A stretch of DNA of 64,000 nt from Pseudomonadales bacterium (GCA_020632265.1 JACKFW010000001.1:983272-1047271); one strand, 5' to 3'. Positions 10,545 through 22,654 are shown, counted from the stretch's first letter. The notes: generated by a model not told the origin, from the sequence alone. Numbers and translations are program-made.

Positions 10545-11231
10545 ATGAATAAATTAATTCTAGCAAATTTTAAATCAAATAAGTCGATTACTGAGACAAA
10601 TTTATGGTTTGAAAATTTTTTAACCAATGTTAACAAAGTATCTTTAGATAAAAATGAAGTATCGGTTGCTCCCTCCCTTATTTCTTTGAGTTCTGCATCA
10701 AATACCATTGCTGAATTTGATAAAAAAATATCACTTTCTTTACAGGATATTAGTCCATTTCCAGCCGGTAGTTATACTGGTGCGGTATCAGGTCAAAATA
10801 TTAATGGTCTCAAAATTAAATATGCAATTTTAGGTCATTCAGAAAGAAGGAAATATTTTAAAGAAGATTCTAGAGATGTGGTAATGAAGGTTGAACAGTG
10901 CTTGCAATACAATATTACTCCAGTTTTGTGTATTGATGATGAATATTTAGATGAGCAGATTAATTTAATTGGCAGTGAAAATATGAAGAAATGTGTTGTT
11001 GCTTACGAACCAGTTTCTGCGATTGGCACCGGCAAGAATGTAGATTTAGGGAGAGTTAAAGAAATAATGAGTAGGGTTAAGCAACTTGCAGGCGATGTTA
11101 AAGTTATTTATGGAGGCAGTGTAAACGAAGCAAATGTTAACGAATATTTATTAGTTGCTGATGGTGTTCTAATAAGTAGCGCCTCACTAGATCCTCAAAG
11201 ATTGATAAAAATTATTGAAGCTTTTAGTTAA
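10545..11231 (+). CDS. tpiA: Triosephosphate isomerase
   Basis: MNKLILANFKSNKS N-terminus; AILGHSERR and AYEPVSAIGTGK motifs. Start moved from the track ORF (10452) to the canonical ATG at 10545. Confidence 0.8.
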   Translation: MNKLILANFKSNKSITETNLWFENFLTNVNKVSLDKNEVSVAPSLISLSSASNTIAEFDKKISLSLQDISPFPAGSYTGAVSGQNINGLKIKYAILGHSERRKYFKEDSRDVVMKVEQCLQYNITPVLCIDDEYLDEQINLIGSENMKKCVVAYEPVSAIGTGKNVDLGRVKEIMSRVKQLAGDVKVIYGGSVNEANVNEYLLVADGVLISSASLDPQRLIKIIEAFS

Positions 11232-11235
11232 ATAT

Positions 11236-12960
11236 TTATTTAACTTTGTAAATTATTGTTTTCGAATTCGAAAAAGATATTGGAAAAGTTTTGTTCAAAA
11301 ATTCGTAATTTACTTTAAATTCCAATCTCTCTTGTGCTCCAACTACTATATAACTGATATTATATTTTTTTATTAAGTTAAGTGACTCAGCTGTGTTTTC
11401 AAAAATATTTCTAACATCATTATCTCTAGTGCTGATATCAAATCCAAAATTTGGCACCCAGCCTTTATATCCTAAAACTATCGATCTCGATCCCCACATT
11501 TGCAGAGGATTATTATGTGCTGTTGAAGTTAGAAAAATGTCATCAGTTTTTGTATTAATCATCACTTTTTTAGCAAACTCAATTTCTTCAGCACTAGTGA
11601 GAATATAAGTATTTCTGTCAAAGTTTTGCAATCTAATTAATTCTAATATTCCTGTTGATGAAAGCAGTATGATTATTATTATCGCAATGATTTTTTTTAT
11701 TTTAGATATAGAACCTTTTTCTTTTTTTGATGATTTTTTCCAGAGTTCAATAATTAAATGAGCAGCTAATAATGAAAATCCAACATATGCCCAGGCAAAT
11801 ATTTTAGTATTATCCCAAGCAGTTGGTTGAAAAATAATAATATTTGCAATTATAAATAATGCAAAAAATCCATAAAAATATTTTAATTTTGTTTTATTTT
11901 TTTGATACAACATCATGGCAGAAATAATTGCTGTTGGTATCATAATGCCCCAAAGTTCCCACCACATTTTTATCCATGAAAATAAATTTTTTTCAGACGT
12001 CCATCCAATTAATATTTTCATAAAATTGTCTATCTGAATTCCACCGTAAACAAATTTAAAATACAGAAATATTGAGAGTAATCCAGCAGGAAGAACATAA
12101 TAGATTAACTTTTTATAATTATTTTTATCAGCAAAGCAAATTAATCCACTAATAATTACCACTGCGATAAAACTATGCATGTGGGCAATTGGTAATAAAC
12201 CTGCCAAAATTCCACCAGCAAATAATAATTTTTTTTGATGATTGATTATATTTTTAGAATTCTTTTTTAGCTCAATAGCATTTATTAATAAAAATAAGCT
12301 CCAAACTCCGAGCGTTATTCCAAGCAGAAAAGCTCTTTGAGGGACAAGCATTGCAGTTGGAATATTTCCTGCCAACCAGTTATATTTAATCATTCTAGTG
12401 TAATCGATTGGAGGATATTTCAATAATTCTAGGCTGGGATTGGCAACAAATTCATTTACAAACTTTATAAATCCTGGGCCAGCTGAAGTTAAGTAGATGA
12501 AAATTCCCAGTACTGCTTTTTTTCTTGAGTTTAATATTTGATAAAAGAGAAAGTATATTCCAATTAAAAATAATATGATTAAAATTATTGATGGCCAAAC
12601 CATGGCTTGAACAATATTAAGACCAAGTTTCATTAATAATCCAGAAATTGCATTTGTTAAAAAAGCATAGGTTAATTTTCCACCAGAAAAATAAGGATGA
12701 TATAAAAACCACTCATTAATAGGTTTGTTGGCAAATGTATTAGTTAAAGAAATATGAAGTGCCCAATCACTCCAAACATTTTGATGACCAGCATAAAATC
12801 CATCAGGTTTAAAAGAAATGATATTTAAAAAAATTCTAACAAAATATAAACCAACTGTTGCTAAAATAAAAAGCAAATAATTTTTATGTTTTGTTAATTT
12901 TTTATTGGTTAACTTTAACGATTTGAGCATATTCACCACTAACCCAACCAGATTTTCCAT
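11236..12960 (-). CDS. Large polytopic membrane protein, possibly GT39/GT83 (PMT/ArnT)-like glycosyltransferase
   Basis: 574 aa, more than 10 TM helices followed by a roughly 130-aa soluble C-terminal domain. No diagnostic catalytic motif recognised. Confidence 0.35.
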   Translation of the reverse strand: MENLVGLVVNMLKSLKLTNKKLTKHKNYLLFILATVGLYFVRIFLNIISFKPDGFYAGHQNVWSDWALHISLTNTFANKPINEWFLYHPYFSGGKLTYAFLTNAISGLLMKLGLNIVQAMVWPSIILIILFLIGIYFLFYQILNSRKKAVLGIFIYLTSAGPGFIKFVNEFVANPSLELLKYPPIDYTRMIKYNWLAGNIPTAMLVPQRAFLLGITLGVWSLFLLINAIELKKNSKNIINHQKKLLFAGGILAGLLPIAHMHSFIAVVIISGLICFADKNNYKKLIYYVLPAGLLSIFLYFKFVYGGIQIDNFMKILIGWTSEKNLFSWIKMWWELWGIMIPTAIISAMMLYQKNKTKLKYFYGFFALFIIANIIIFQPTAWDNTKIFAWAYVGFSLLAAHLIIELWKKSSKKEKGSISKIKKIIAIIIIILLSSTGILELIRLQNFDRNTYILTSAEEIEFAKKVMINTKTDDIFLTSTAHNNPLQMWGSRSIVLGYKGWVPNFGFDISTRDNDVRNIFENTAESLNLIKKYNISYIVVGAQERLEFKVNYEFLNKTFPISFSNSKTIIYKVK

Positions 12961-13855
12961 TGAAGTCTATATATAGCCAATTTGATTCGGTTTTTCCCAA
13001 GTATTTGTATTTTGTTCCGACTTTAGCAAATCCAATTTCTAAACCTGTTGATCCTGCTTTATCCCTAACTCTTAACACCTCTTCTCCATTATTAAAAAAA
13101 TTGGTCGTATTAATTATAACTTCGTCTTGAGTAGGTGGTGAAACTTGAGATTCTGTGTCTATTACAGCTGATTCAGTTGAGTTTTTAATTAAGTTAGTTT
13201 CTGCTTCATTGGTAGCAATATTTTCAATACTTTCTTGATTCATTTCTGAGTCGATATCTTCGACTTCTGCGTCAGAAATTCCAGAACCATCGATATTAAT
13301 TTTTGCCAGTTTTACGTTTACTAGCATTCGATACCCAGGTACAACATTAATAGTGTGTTTTTGAGATTCATATGAAGGTAGTGATACTTCAAATTCATTG
13401 TGGTCAGGATTAACATCTGTAATAATTACAGGAGAAAATTCTTTTTCTTTTCCTTGAAGGGATACAATAGCACCGTCAGGAATGGTGACGAAAGAAACTT
13501 CTGATTTATTTTTTGAACTGATTGGTTCCATTTCATAAATTACTCCACCGCTAAGCTCAGGTCTTTGAGCAAGTTTCCAAGTTACAACGGTTAAAAGTCC
13601 GGGTCTTAATCTAATTTTTGTTTCATATGAGACCAAAGTAGGATCATCTGGTTGTATTTTTAATAAATATTCTCCAGGTTTTATATCACGATTGATGAAA
13701 GGAGATTTTTCGAGATATTGGTCATCGAGAAAAACCGAGCTCTCTACTCCATCGGTAATGACTTGAAGGCCAGATTTTGCGGTTTTGCTTAATGGATTAC
13801 AACCAGAAAGTATGGTGGTTACCAAAAGAATGATGATTAATTTAAACCATTTCAT
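12902..13855 (-). CDS. Lipoprotein with PEGA-like domains and C-terminal SH3b domain
   Basis: Signal peptide with lipobox LSGC; two segments of PEGA-like ...PG... beta pattern; C-terminal NWLYIDFNGKSGWVSGEYA SH3b-like block. Confidence 0.5.
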   Translation of the reverse strand: MKWFKLIIILLVTTILSGCNPLSKTAKSGLQVITDGVESSVFLDDQYLEKSPFINRDIKPGEYLLKIQPDDPTLVSYETKIRLRPGLLTVVTWKLAQRPELSGGVIYEMEPISSKNKSEVSFVTIPDGAIVSLQGKEKEFSPVIITDVNPDHNEFEVSLPSYESQKHTINVVPGYRMLVNVKLAKINIDGSGISDAEVEDIDSEMNQESIENIATNEAETNLIKNSTESAVIDTESQVSPPTQDEVIINTTNFFNNGEEVLRVRDKAGSTGLEIGFAKVGTKYKYLGKTESNWLYIDFNGKSGWVSGEYAQIVKVNQ

Positions 13856-13878
13856 ATATTCAGTTTAACACGACTTAA

Positions 13879-16281
13879 TTAGACTAAAGGTTTAAGTTTT
13901 TTTGTTAGTGCTAAGGTTAGGTTCTCTTCAACGTGTGAAACTGGAATAAATTTGATGTCTTTTTTAACGCTTTCAGGAATTTTAATTATATCTCTTTCAT
14001 TTTCCTTTGGAATTAAAACAGTCTTAATTCCTGCCATATGGGCAGCAATACTTTTTTCTTTTAGTCCACCAATTCTTAAAACTCGACCTCTAAGGGTGAC
14101 TTCTCCAGTCATAGCAATATCTTTTCTAACAGGAATTTTGGTAAAGGCTGAAACAATTGCTGTTGTTAGCGTTACTCCTGCTGATGGACCGTCTTTTGGT
14201 ACAGCTCCCTCAGGAACATGGATGTGAACATCTGTATTTTGGATCTGTTTTTCAGTAATTCCAAGCTGTTTGTGATTTGCTTTAACAAAAGTAAGTGCTG
14301 CTTGCGCAGATTCTTGCATCACACTACCAAGTTTGCCAGTTAACTGAATTTTGCCTTTTCCTGGAGTTAATGACACTTCAATAAATAGAAGTTCGCCTCC
14401 AACTGAAGTCCAAGCAAGTCCAGTTGCTTGACCTATAATATCTTCTTTTTCAGCAATATTAACATCAAACTTTTCTGGTCCTAAGTATTTTTTAAGTAGT
14501 TTTTCGTCTACTACAATTTTTGATTTGGATTTTTTTGAAACAATATCTCTAGCTGCTTTTCTCATTAATTTGCCCAAAGTTCTTTCAAGGTCCCTCACTC
14601 CAGCTTCTCTTGTATATCTATTGATTATTGTTTTTATACTATTATCGGGAATTGAAATTTCACTAGCTCTTAAGCCATTAGTTGCCAAAGCTTTTTCATA
14701 AAGATAATCTCTGCCAATATTAAATTTTTCTTCTTGAGTGTATCCAGAATATCTAATTATTTCCAGTCTGTCTCTTAGAGCTGGAGGAATAGTATCCAAA
14801 GTGTTTGCAGTTGTAATAAAAATCACCTCAGATAAATCGAACGGCATGTCCAGATAGTGATCTTCAAACTCTTTATTTTGTTCAGGGTCTAAAGCTTCAA
14901 GTAATGCTGATGATGGATCTCCTTTGTAATCACTACCAATTTTATCAATTTCATCCAACATAAAGACTGGATTCATGCTTTTTGCCTGACGCATACCACT
15001 GATAATTTTTCCAGGCATGGCTCCCACATAAGTGCGTCTATGACCTCTTATTTCTGATTCATCTCTAATTCCCCCAAGAGAAATTTTGATAAATTTTCTA
15101 CCTAAAGCTTCGGCGATAGATTTGCCAATACTAGTTTTTCCTACACCCGGTGGTCCAACAAAACATAAAATTGTTGGCAAACTTTGATCTTCTTTTTTAG
15201 TATTTCTTTGTTTGAGTTGTAAGACAGCAACATATTCGAGAATTCTATCTTTAACTTCGTCTAATCCATAATGACTTTTTTCAAGAATGTTTTCAGCTTT
15301 CTTAATATTTAATTTTGAATTTGCGCTGACATTCCAAGGTAATTCAAAGACTGTATCAAGCCAACTTCTGACATAGCCAGATTCTGGATTGTTTGGGGAC
15401 ATCATTCTTAATCGTTTGATTTCTTTTTTAATTTTCTTCTTTAATTCTTGATCAAATTTGATTTTACTCAATCTTTTCTGATAGTCTTCCGCTGCTTCAT
15501 CATCATCGTCAATGTCGCCCAATTCTTTTTGAATTGTTTTCAGTCTTTCTCGCAAAATATTTTCTTTCATGCTCTTATCGAATTTTTCTTGAGTTTTGTG
15601 AACCACATCTTTTTCAATTTCTAGAACCTTAATTTCATGTGCTAAATGGTTAATGACGAGCTCCATTCTTTCTTTGACATTTAAAGTTTCGAGCACTTTT
15701 TGTTTGCTGGAAGTTTTAATTGTGAGAGTACTTGCAATTTGATCTACTAATTCACCATCAGTGACTCCGCCCATTAATTTCATAAAGCTTAAAAATTCAA
15801 CAGGTTTGCCCATATGAACAGCTTTTCTAAATTCTTTTTGTAAGTGGGATACCAATGCAGCCGTGTCATCATTGATACTTACATCCTCATGTAATTTTTC
15901 AACCTCGACAATAAGTTTGGGTGAAGTTTGAATAAATCTAATAATTTTGACCCTACTAATTCCCTTTACCAGAGCATTAATGTTATCTTCAGTTTTAATT
16001 TTTTTCTCGACGATGGCTAAGGTGCCAACTTGATACAAATCTTCAGCTGTTGGTAGGTTAATCTTTGGATCTCTTTGCGTAATAAGCGCAACCATTTTCT
16101 TTTGACTTTTAAGATCCTTGATTGCATTCAAAGATAACTGTCTTCCAAAGGTTAAAACTGATTCGGTGCTTGGGAATAACACTCCTTCACGAATTGGAAT
16201 AGCATCAAGAATTAAGATTTCACTCTTAACTTTTTTAAGCTTAGGTTTGGTTTGTTTAATTTTATCGATCATGTTTAGCAT
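13879..16281 (-). CDS. lon: ATP-dependent Lon protease
   Basis: N-terminal LON domain, AAA+ Walker A GPPGVGKTS, protease domain with catalytic DGPSAG. Start taken at MLNMIDK (16281); the track ORF start (16377) would overlap the tRNA. Confidence 0.9.
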   Translation of the reverse strand: MLNMIDKIKQTKPKLKKVKSEILILDAIPIREGVLFPSTESVLTFGRQLSLNAIKDLKSQKKMVALITQRDPKINLPTAEDLYQVGTLAIVEKKIKTEDNINALVKGISRVKIIRFIQTSPKLIVEVEKLHEDVSINDDTAALVSHLQKEFRKAVHMGKPVEFLSFMKLMGGVTDGELVDQIASTLTIKTSSKQKVLETLNVKERMELVINHLAHEIKVLEIEKDVVHKTQEKFDKSMKENILRERLKTIQKELGDIDDDDEAAEDYQKRLSKIKFDQELKKKIKKEIKRLRMMSPNNPESGYVRSWLDTVFELPWNVSANSKLNIKKAENILEKSHYGLDEVKDRILEYVAVLQLKQRNTKKEDQSLPTILCFVGPPGVGKTSIGKSIAEALGRKFIKISLGGIRDESEIRGHRRTYVGAMPGKIISGMRQAKSMNPVFMLDEIDKIGSDYKGDPSSALLEALDPEQNKEFEDHYLDMPFDLSEVIFITTANTLDTIPPALRDRLEIIRYSGYTQEEKFNIGRDYLYEKALATNGLRASEISIPDNSIKTIINRYTREAGVRDLERTLGKLMRKAARDIVSKKSKSKIVVDEKLLKKYLGPEKFDVNIAEKEDIIGQATGLAWTSVGGELLFIEVSLTPGKGKIQLTGKLGSVMQESAQAALTFVKANHKQLGITEKQIQNTDVHIHVPEGAVPKDGPSAGVTLTTAIVSAFTKIPVRKDIAMTGEVTLRGRVLRIGGLKEKSIAAHMAGIKTVLIPKENERDIIKIPESVKKDIKFIPVSHVEENLTLALTKKLKPLV

Positions 16282-16366
16282 TCTATTATTATGACTGCTA
16301 AAGATCAAGAGGTAATCTGTGAACTTTAAAAAGTCTTTGGAAATTTGAGTTATTTTGGATTTATTG

Positions 16367-16440
16367 TGGGTGTACATCGATTCGAACGATGGACCTCAGT
16401 CTTATCAGGACTGCGCTCTAACCAACTGAGCTATACACCC
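16367..16440 (-). tRNA. tRNA-Ile (anticodon GAT)
   Basis: Reverse complement GGGTGTATAGCTCAGTTGGTTAGAGCGCAGTCCTGATAAGACTGAGGTCCATCGTTCGAATCGATGTACACCCA folds as a cloverleaf with anticodon loop CTGATAA. Confidence 0.85.
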
Positions 16441-16524
16441 TCTAACAAAACAATATTTTAGCACATTTTATCTCAAGAAACATGTTCAATTTTGAATATA
16501 TTATATTAATATTTTTTTAAAGGT

Positions 16525-17367
16525 TTAATAGGGTTCTAAGGTTTCATCATCATTGAGATCAATACTTTCGTCTTGGACTGCAACAAAATGCTCTTTAAGT
16601 AAGGCAGTTAATGATCTTAAGAACCGCATTACTTCCCTTCGGTTGCCATAGTCATCAAAGTCTTCAATTTTAGGAAGTAAATCAATTGGATTGCCAATAT
16701 TAATTATGATTTCTTTTCTTCTAAGCGTACCTTTTTCTCTAAATTTTGGTAGGGATTGTCCTACCGGCATAATTGTTTCTGCGCCACTTAAATAAACAGG
16801 AATTATAACTGGAGAATTAGATTTTTTTTGCTCTTCGTCAAGTGCATTAATAGTTGCAACTAACATTTGAATAATTCCAGTTTTAAATTTTCGATCTTTT
16901 ACCTCTTTATTTGGATCTCTACTCCTTGTTCCTTCAGGGAAAATTACTAAGTAATCTCCCGCTAAAAGTTGAGTAACTGTTTTGACCGTAATATCATTAT
17001 TAGTTTCAGCCCCACCGGATCTATCTATTGGTAATGTTCTTAAAAAAATATTTGATAAGATTTTCATCTTCATATCTTTATCCCAATAATCTCCAGCTGC
17101 AATAAAAGCCATTTTACTCCTCACTCTTGGAGGCATAGCTTTTCTGACGAATAATGAGTCTGTGTGACCATTGTGTGGGGATACAACAAAAATAATTGGA
17201 CGATTAGTTTTTGCAATATTTTCAACGCCTTCAACTTTAATCTTTGCGTTATTCAAAATTAAGCCAAAGGTATTTCTAATTAATTCACTAATTCTATTTG
17301 CTTTTTTAAGAGGGAGCTTTTCGGTTTTGATATTAATATTTGATTCTTTAATGTTTTTTCTTGCCAT
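16525..17367 (-). CDS. plsC: 1-acyl-sn-glycerol-3-phosphate acyltransferase family (PlsC-like)
   Basis: HNGHTD (HX4D) and FPEGTRS acyltransferase motifs. Confidence 0.75.
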   Translation of the reverse strand: MARKNIKESNINIKTEKLPLKKANRISELIRNTFGLILNNAKIKVEGVENIAKTNRPIIFVVSPHNGHTDSLFVRKAMPPRVRSKMAFIAAGDYWDKDMKMKILSNIFLRTLPIDRSGGAETNNDITVKTVTQLLAGDYLVIFPEGTRSRDPNKEVKDRKFKTGIIQMLVATINALDEEQKKSNSPVIIPVYLSGAETIMPVGQSLPKFREKGTLRRKEIIINIGNPIDLLPKIEDFDDYGNRREVMRFLRSLTALLKEHFVAVQDESIDLNDDETLEPY

Positions 17368-17455
17368 ATATAAAGTATTTTTTTGTAAAAATTTATGTTT
17401 ATGTTAAAATCAGTTCTTCGTATTAGTCGGAGAATCATTATAACTTATTGTAAAT

Positions 17456-18457
17456 ATGACAAATAATAGAATTGAAGCTGGAGTTTTAAGAGTAGAATCT
17501 GATATTCAAATACCTTCGGTGACTATACCCAGAACACAGCAGAAAATTGATGTTTGGAAGCCAACTGACGAAGATCTTGAAAGTGGAGTGATTGCAGTTT
17601 TAAGGTTGCAGGCTTCGGCAAAAATAATTGGGGGCAATCACATGTTTTGGATTCACGATAGGCCACCGAGAAGACATCATCCTGACGAAGAAAAGCATAG
17701 TATCTATTGGATAGATACTGTTGGTGATGGAGCAAATATTGATTCCTGGAGTGATGATTCTTGGATAAAACTTGCTCAAGATGGTTTGTTTTTAGCTCAG
17801 GCAGAGGCTTATTTTGCTGATATGCAATCGAAAAATGAGAAATTGAGGATATTTCAAACTTTAGGTTTCGCAAAAAACTCAGATATTAAGATGATAAATG
17901 GAAGAAAAATTGCCGATCGAAGCCTTCAATCTCAATATAGAGCTCATTTGCATTTTGTTGATGCAGTTGACTCAGATTCGCCAAGCATAAGTTGGATTCA
18001 AGAGGCTGAGATAGTTAAAAGCAAGCATCTTTTGCCTTTCTTTCTGAATACAGTGGGAGAATTAGCAATACAACGTTATTCAAATGAACTAGTCAGCTTT
18101 GGACAAAAAATGGTTTACACCCAAACAGTTGGAAAAAGCGCTGTTTATGACATTGAAAGAACTGTATTTGCATTTGATTCATGGAGTGATGTCTTAAATT
18201 CTGTTTTAGAACTTTATCAAAAATTACTTTCTGGTTGGTTAAACACTGCAGCAGCGATAGCTGAGAATCACTTAGATTTTGCAAATCAAAGCATTGATTT
18301 ATTGCAGGGATGTTTGCCCGGATTTACTTTTGTAAAACCAACTCAAAAAGATAAAATTTCTGGTGGCATCGACCCAAGTGTTCAATGGCTAGTGATGCCA
18401 TTTGCCATAGCATTGCCTCAAGGAGTTCTACAGCCAGGAGTTTTGTTCAATCGTTAA
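17456..18457 (+). CDS. Hypothetical protein, no recognisable domain
   Basis: 333-aa ORF with clean start; composition (more G/C, more Trp/His/Asp) differs visibly from neighbours. Confidence 0.5.
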   Translation: MTNNRIEAGVLRVESDIQIPSVTIPRTQQKIDVWKPTDEDLESGVIAVLRLQASAKIIGGNHMFWIHDRPPRRHHPDEEKHSIYWIDTVGDGANIDSWSDDSWIKLAQDGLFLAQAEAYFADMQSKNEKLRIFQTLGFAKNSDIKMINGRKIADRSLQSQYRAHLHFVDAVDSDSPSISWIQEAEIVKSKHLLPFFLNTVGELAIQRYSNELVSFGQKMVYTQTVGKSAVYDIERTVFAFDSWSDVLNSVLELYQKLLSGWLNTAAAIAENHLDFANQSIDLLQGCLPGFTFVKPTQKDKISGGIDPSVQWLVMPFAIALPQGVLQPGVLFNR

Positions 18458-18508
18458 TAATTTTAGGAAATAAATCAAATTAAATTAATCAAATTAAATA
18501 ATTTTCTT

Positions 18509-19081
18509 TTAAAGATATAAATTGATATCGGATTCTACATCATTTTCATTTATTTCAAGTAAAATTTCAATATTATTTTTACAATCTTCACTATTTTCTT
18601 CTGAGCATTTTTGCATTTTTGAATAAAAACTTTTTTCTGCTGAAGGGTTTGGAAGTGCGAAAACAAAATATTTTCCTTTTGGAATTTCTAAATAGTATTG
18701 AAATATTTTTGGATCATTAGTATTAATTATTTCGTCAGTGCAGAATTCTTTTGTGGTAAATTTGTCTTGAGCACAAATGATAGTGGTTGAAATTTCTTGA
18801 GTTTCGTCAAGCTGAATATAACCTGAAATAGTACCAGTCACAGTTGTTGATGCACCTTTAACGTCTAGATTATTGTTCAAATTTTCAAGTTGTTTAACTT
18901 TATTAATTAATGTTTCAATTTGAGTTTCTTGCTTTGTGATATTTTTGATTAATAATTCTTTTTCTTTTTCAGATCTCCATATATAAAGGATTGTAAGTAA
19001 GCCTAATATTAGGATTAATAAGATAAAGGCATTATTTAATCTCTTCATAATCACAGTATATACTATTTTTTTAAAATACAA
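18509..19081 (-). CDS. Hypothetical membrane-anchored coiled-coil protein
   Basis: N-terminal TM helix (AFILLILILGLLTILYIW), then heptad-like QIETLINKVKQLENLNN segment. Confidence 0.45.
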   Translation of the reverse strand: MYFKKIVYTVIMKRLNNAFILLILILGLLTILYIWRSEKEKELLIKNITKQETQIETLINKVKQLENLNNNLDVKGASTTVTGTISGYIQLDETQEISTTIICAQDKFTTKEFCTDEIINTNDPKIFQYYLEIPKGKYFVFALPNPSAEKSFYSKMQKCSEENSEDCKNNIEILLEINENDVESDINLYL

Positions 19082-19123
19082 GAAATTTATCTACTTTTTA
19101 TAATTGATCTGAAAATTATCGAA

Positions 19124-19189
19124 AATTCACTAATCTGAGTAAAAAATACTCTAAATTGAGGTAAAAATTCACTAATCGGAGTAAAAAAG
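19124..19189 (+). repeat. Two copies of 24-nt motif AAATTCACTAATC(T/G)GAGTAAAAAA, 42 bp apart
   Basis: Direct sequence comparison; the motif lies in the 340-bp gap downstream of the 16S 3' end. Confidence 0.6.
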
Positions 19190-19423
19190 TCACCAATTAA
19201 AGTGGTCCTGTGATATGAAAAATTATGGAAAAAATTGCTGTAAGTTAATAACTAATACTTGCATTATTGCAAATTATTGCAAGATAAAATGACAAAATTC
19301 TGGCGCAAACATGGTGATAGAGCCGACCTGGATATGATAGTCTCAGGATTTGTAAAAAATTGTTTCATTCCGATTGCTCGGAATGGGAAACAGGAGGTCG
19401 TGATATCTCCTACCCATCTCCTT

Positions 19424-20918
<1,495 letters not shown>

Positions 20919-21382
20919 GTTTGAATTCTTATCCCGTAAAGGATAAGAGTTTAGCTCTATATTTGTTATTTTAGATTTATTTATTTTAAAAATTAACGGA
21001 TTGTACACATAAACATATATAAATATATGTAATGTATGTAATATCTTAGGTAAACCTAGGATAGAATTGTACAATCCACTTTTAAATTAAAGTCGATCTA
21101 TTTTTTCAGTTCTATCACCATGTTTATGTCAGATATTTGTCATTGTTGATTTGCAGTTTGCTGTTTTGACTGCAAATCTATTAGTTATTAACTTGTTAAA
21201 GTGCGATTTGATAATGTATTTTAGACACTAGCAAACTCAAGAACGATTATTATAGTTCTTGATTAAATTATTTAAAACCCCCAAATTTGGAGATTTTCTT
21301 GAGATTAGTATCCAAATTTGGACTTTATCTTTAAGAAGATTCGTATTTTATCATGTGCTGATATAAAAACAAAGGGTTAGTT

Positions 21383-22597
21383 TTATGAAATGATTCCACC
21401 CCCGAGACAAATAATTTCAGACCCACTACCCACTTCAATATTTTTTGAAATCTGCTGATACCCTCTTGGACATAAATAAAAAACCGCTGATTGTCCTTCA
21501 GCAATACCTTTGATTGATTGATCCAGCTTGACAACATTATTATTAAGTTTGCACTTGAGTAATTCTCCTGTGTGTCTGATTCTCACATAAAGCTCAGATT
21601 TTTTGTAGGCTAACTCTTCATTGTCATCATTAATCCAATGAATATCTCGAACCTTAAATTCGTCACTTAATGTTTCAAATCCAAAACCAACCACTAGCTG
21701 ATTTTGCTTTGGTTTTTTTTTGATTACATAAAATGGCGGAATATTATGTTTGCTGATGGTTGAGCCATCATCTTGTTTGATAAGTACTTTTGATTTAATT
21801 GTAAATCCACTTCTTTGTCCGATTGTATAAAACCATAATCCTCTGTGAGAGCCAATAACATTTCCGGCTGTATCAACTACATCTCCCGGATTTTCTCCGA
21901 GCCTATCTTTCAAGAATTCATGTACATTAATATCGCCAATAAAACATATCCCAACAGAATCCTTTTTATTTGAAACGTGAATATTTTTTAGTTGGGCTAT
22001 TTTTCTGACTTCTGATTTATTTAAATCTTGTAAAGGAAATATGGTGTGATCGATTTGATCTTGATTCATTAAATATAAGAAATATGTTTGGTCTTTATGA
22101 GCATCTTTTGGAATAAAAAGTTTCTTTGTAACAATTGCATTATTTTTTGAAGTTGGTTTTAAGTTGGGTTTTAAAAAATAAGTAGTCTTGGCAATTTTTG
22201 CATAATGTCCTGTTGCAATAAAATCAAACTTATTATCCATTGCCCAGTTATAAAATAACCCAAATTTAATTTCTTTGTTACACATTACGTCTGGATTTGG
22301 AGTCAGCCCTTTTTTATACTCTTCAAAAAAGTATTCGACTACTTTGTCTTTGTAGGCCTTTTTGAAATCTAGAATTTTAAATGGAATTCCAAGGTCGAGA
22401 GCAATTTTTAGTGCGTCTTTCCTATCTTCTTCACTCCTGCATCCAGGAGCTTTCCAGCATTCAAGAAATACTCCAGTAACATCATAGCCTTGCTCGATTA
22501 ATAAATGTGCGCAAGTAGATGAATCCACTCCACCGCTCATTCCTAATGCAACTTTGGTTTTGAAATTTGTTTTTTTGTTTTGTAATTTAACTGGCAT
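21383..22597 (-). CDS. mnmA: tRNA-specific 2-thiouridylase MnmA
   Basis: PP-loop ALGMSGGVDSS; catalytic Cys region; full-length MnmA architecture. Confidence 0.85.
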   Translation of the reverse strand: MPVKLQNKKTNFKTKVALGMSGGVDSSTCAHLLIEQGYDVTGVFLECWKAPGCRSEEDRKDALKIALDLGIPFKILDFKKAYKDKVVEYFFEEYKKGLTPNPDVMCNKEIKFGLFYNWAMDNKFDFIATGHYAKIAKTTYFLKPNLKPTSKNNAIVTKKLFIPKDAHKDQTYFLYLMNQDQIDHTIFPLQDLNKSEVRKIAQLKNIHVSNKKDSVGICFIGDINVHEFLKDRLGENPGDVVDTAGNVIGSHRGLWFYTIGQRSGFTIKSKVLIKQDDGSTISKHNIPPFYVIKKKPKQNQLVVGFGFETLSDEFKVRDIHWINDDNEELAYKKSELYVRIRHTGELLKCKLNNNVVKLDQSIKGIAEGQSAVFYLCPRGYQQISKNIEVGSGSEIICLGGGIIS

Positions 22598-22654
22598 AAG
22601 ACAAGATATTGTATCAGAATTGAATATTTATTACCTATTAAAGTCGTGTAGTAA

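Noticed and set aside
19082-19423. 23S rRNA or spacer tRNA-Ala/Ile directly downstream of the 16S
   Set aside because: No rRNA-like or tRNA-like sequence there. The next tRNA is 3 kb away and the next gene is protein-coding.
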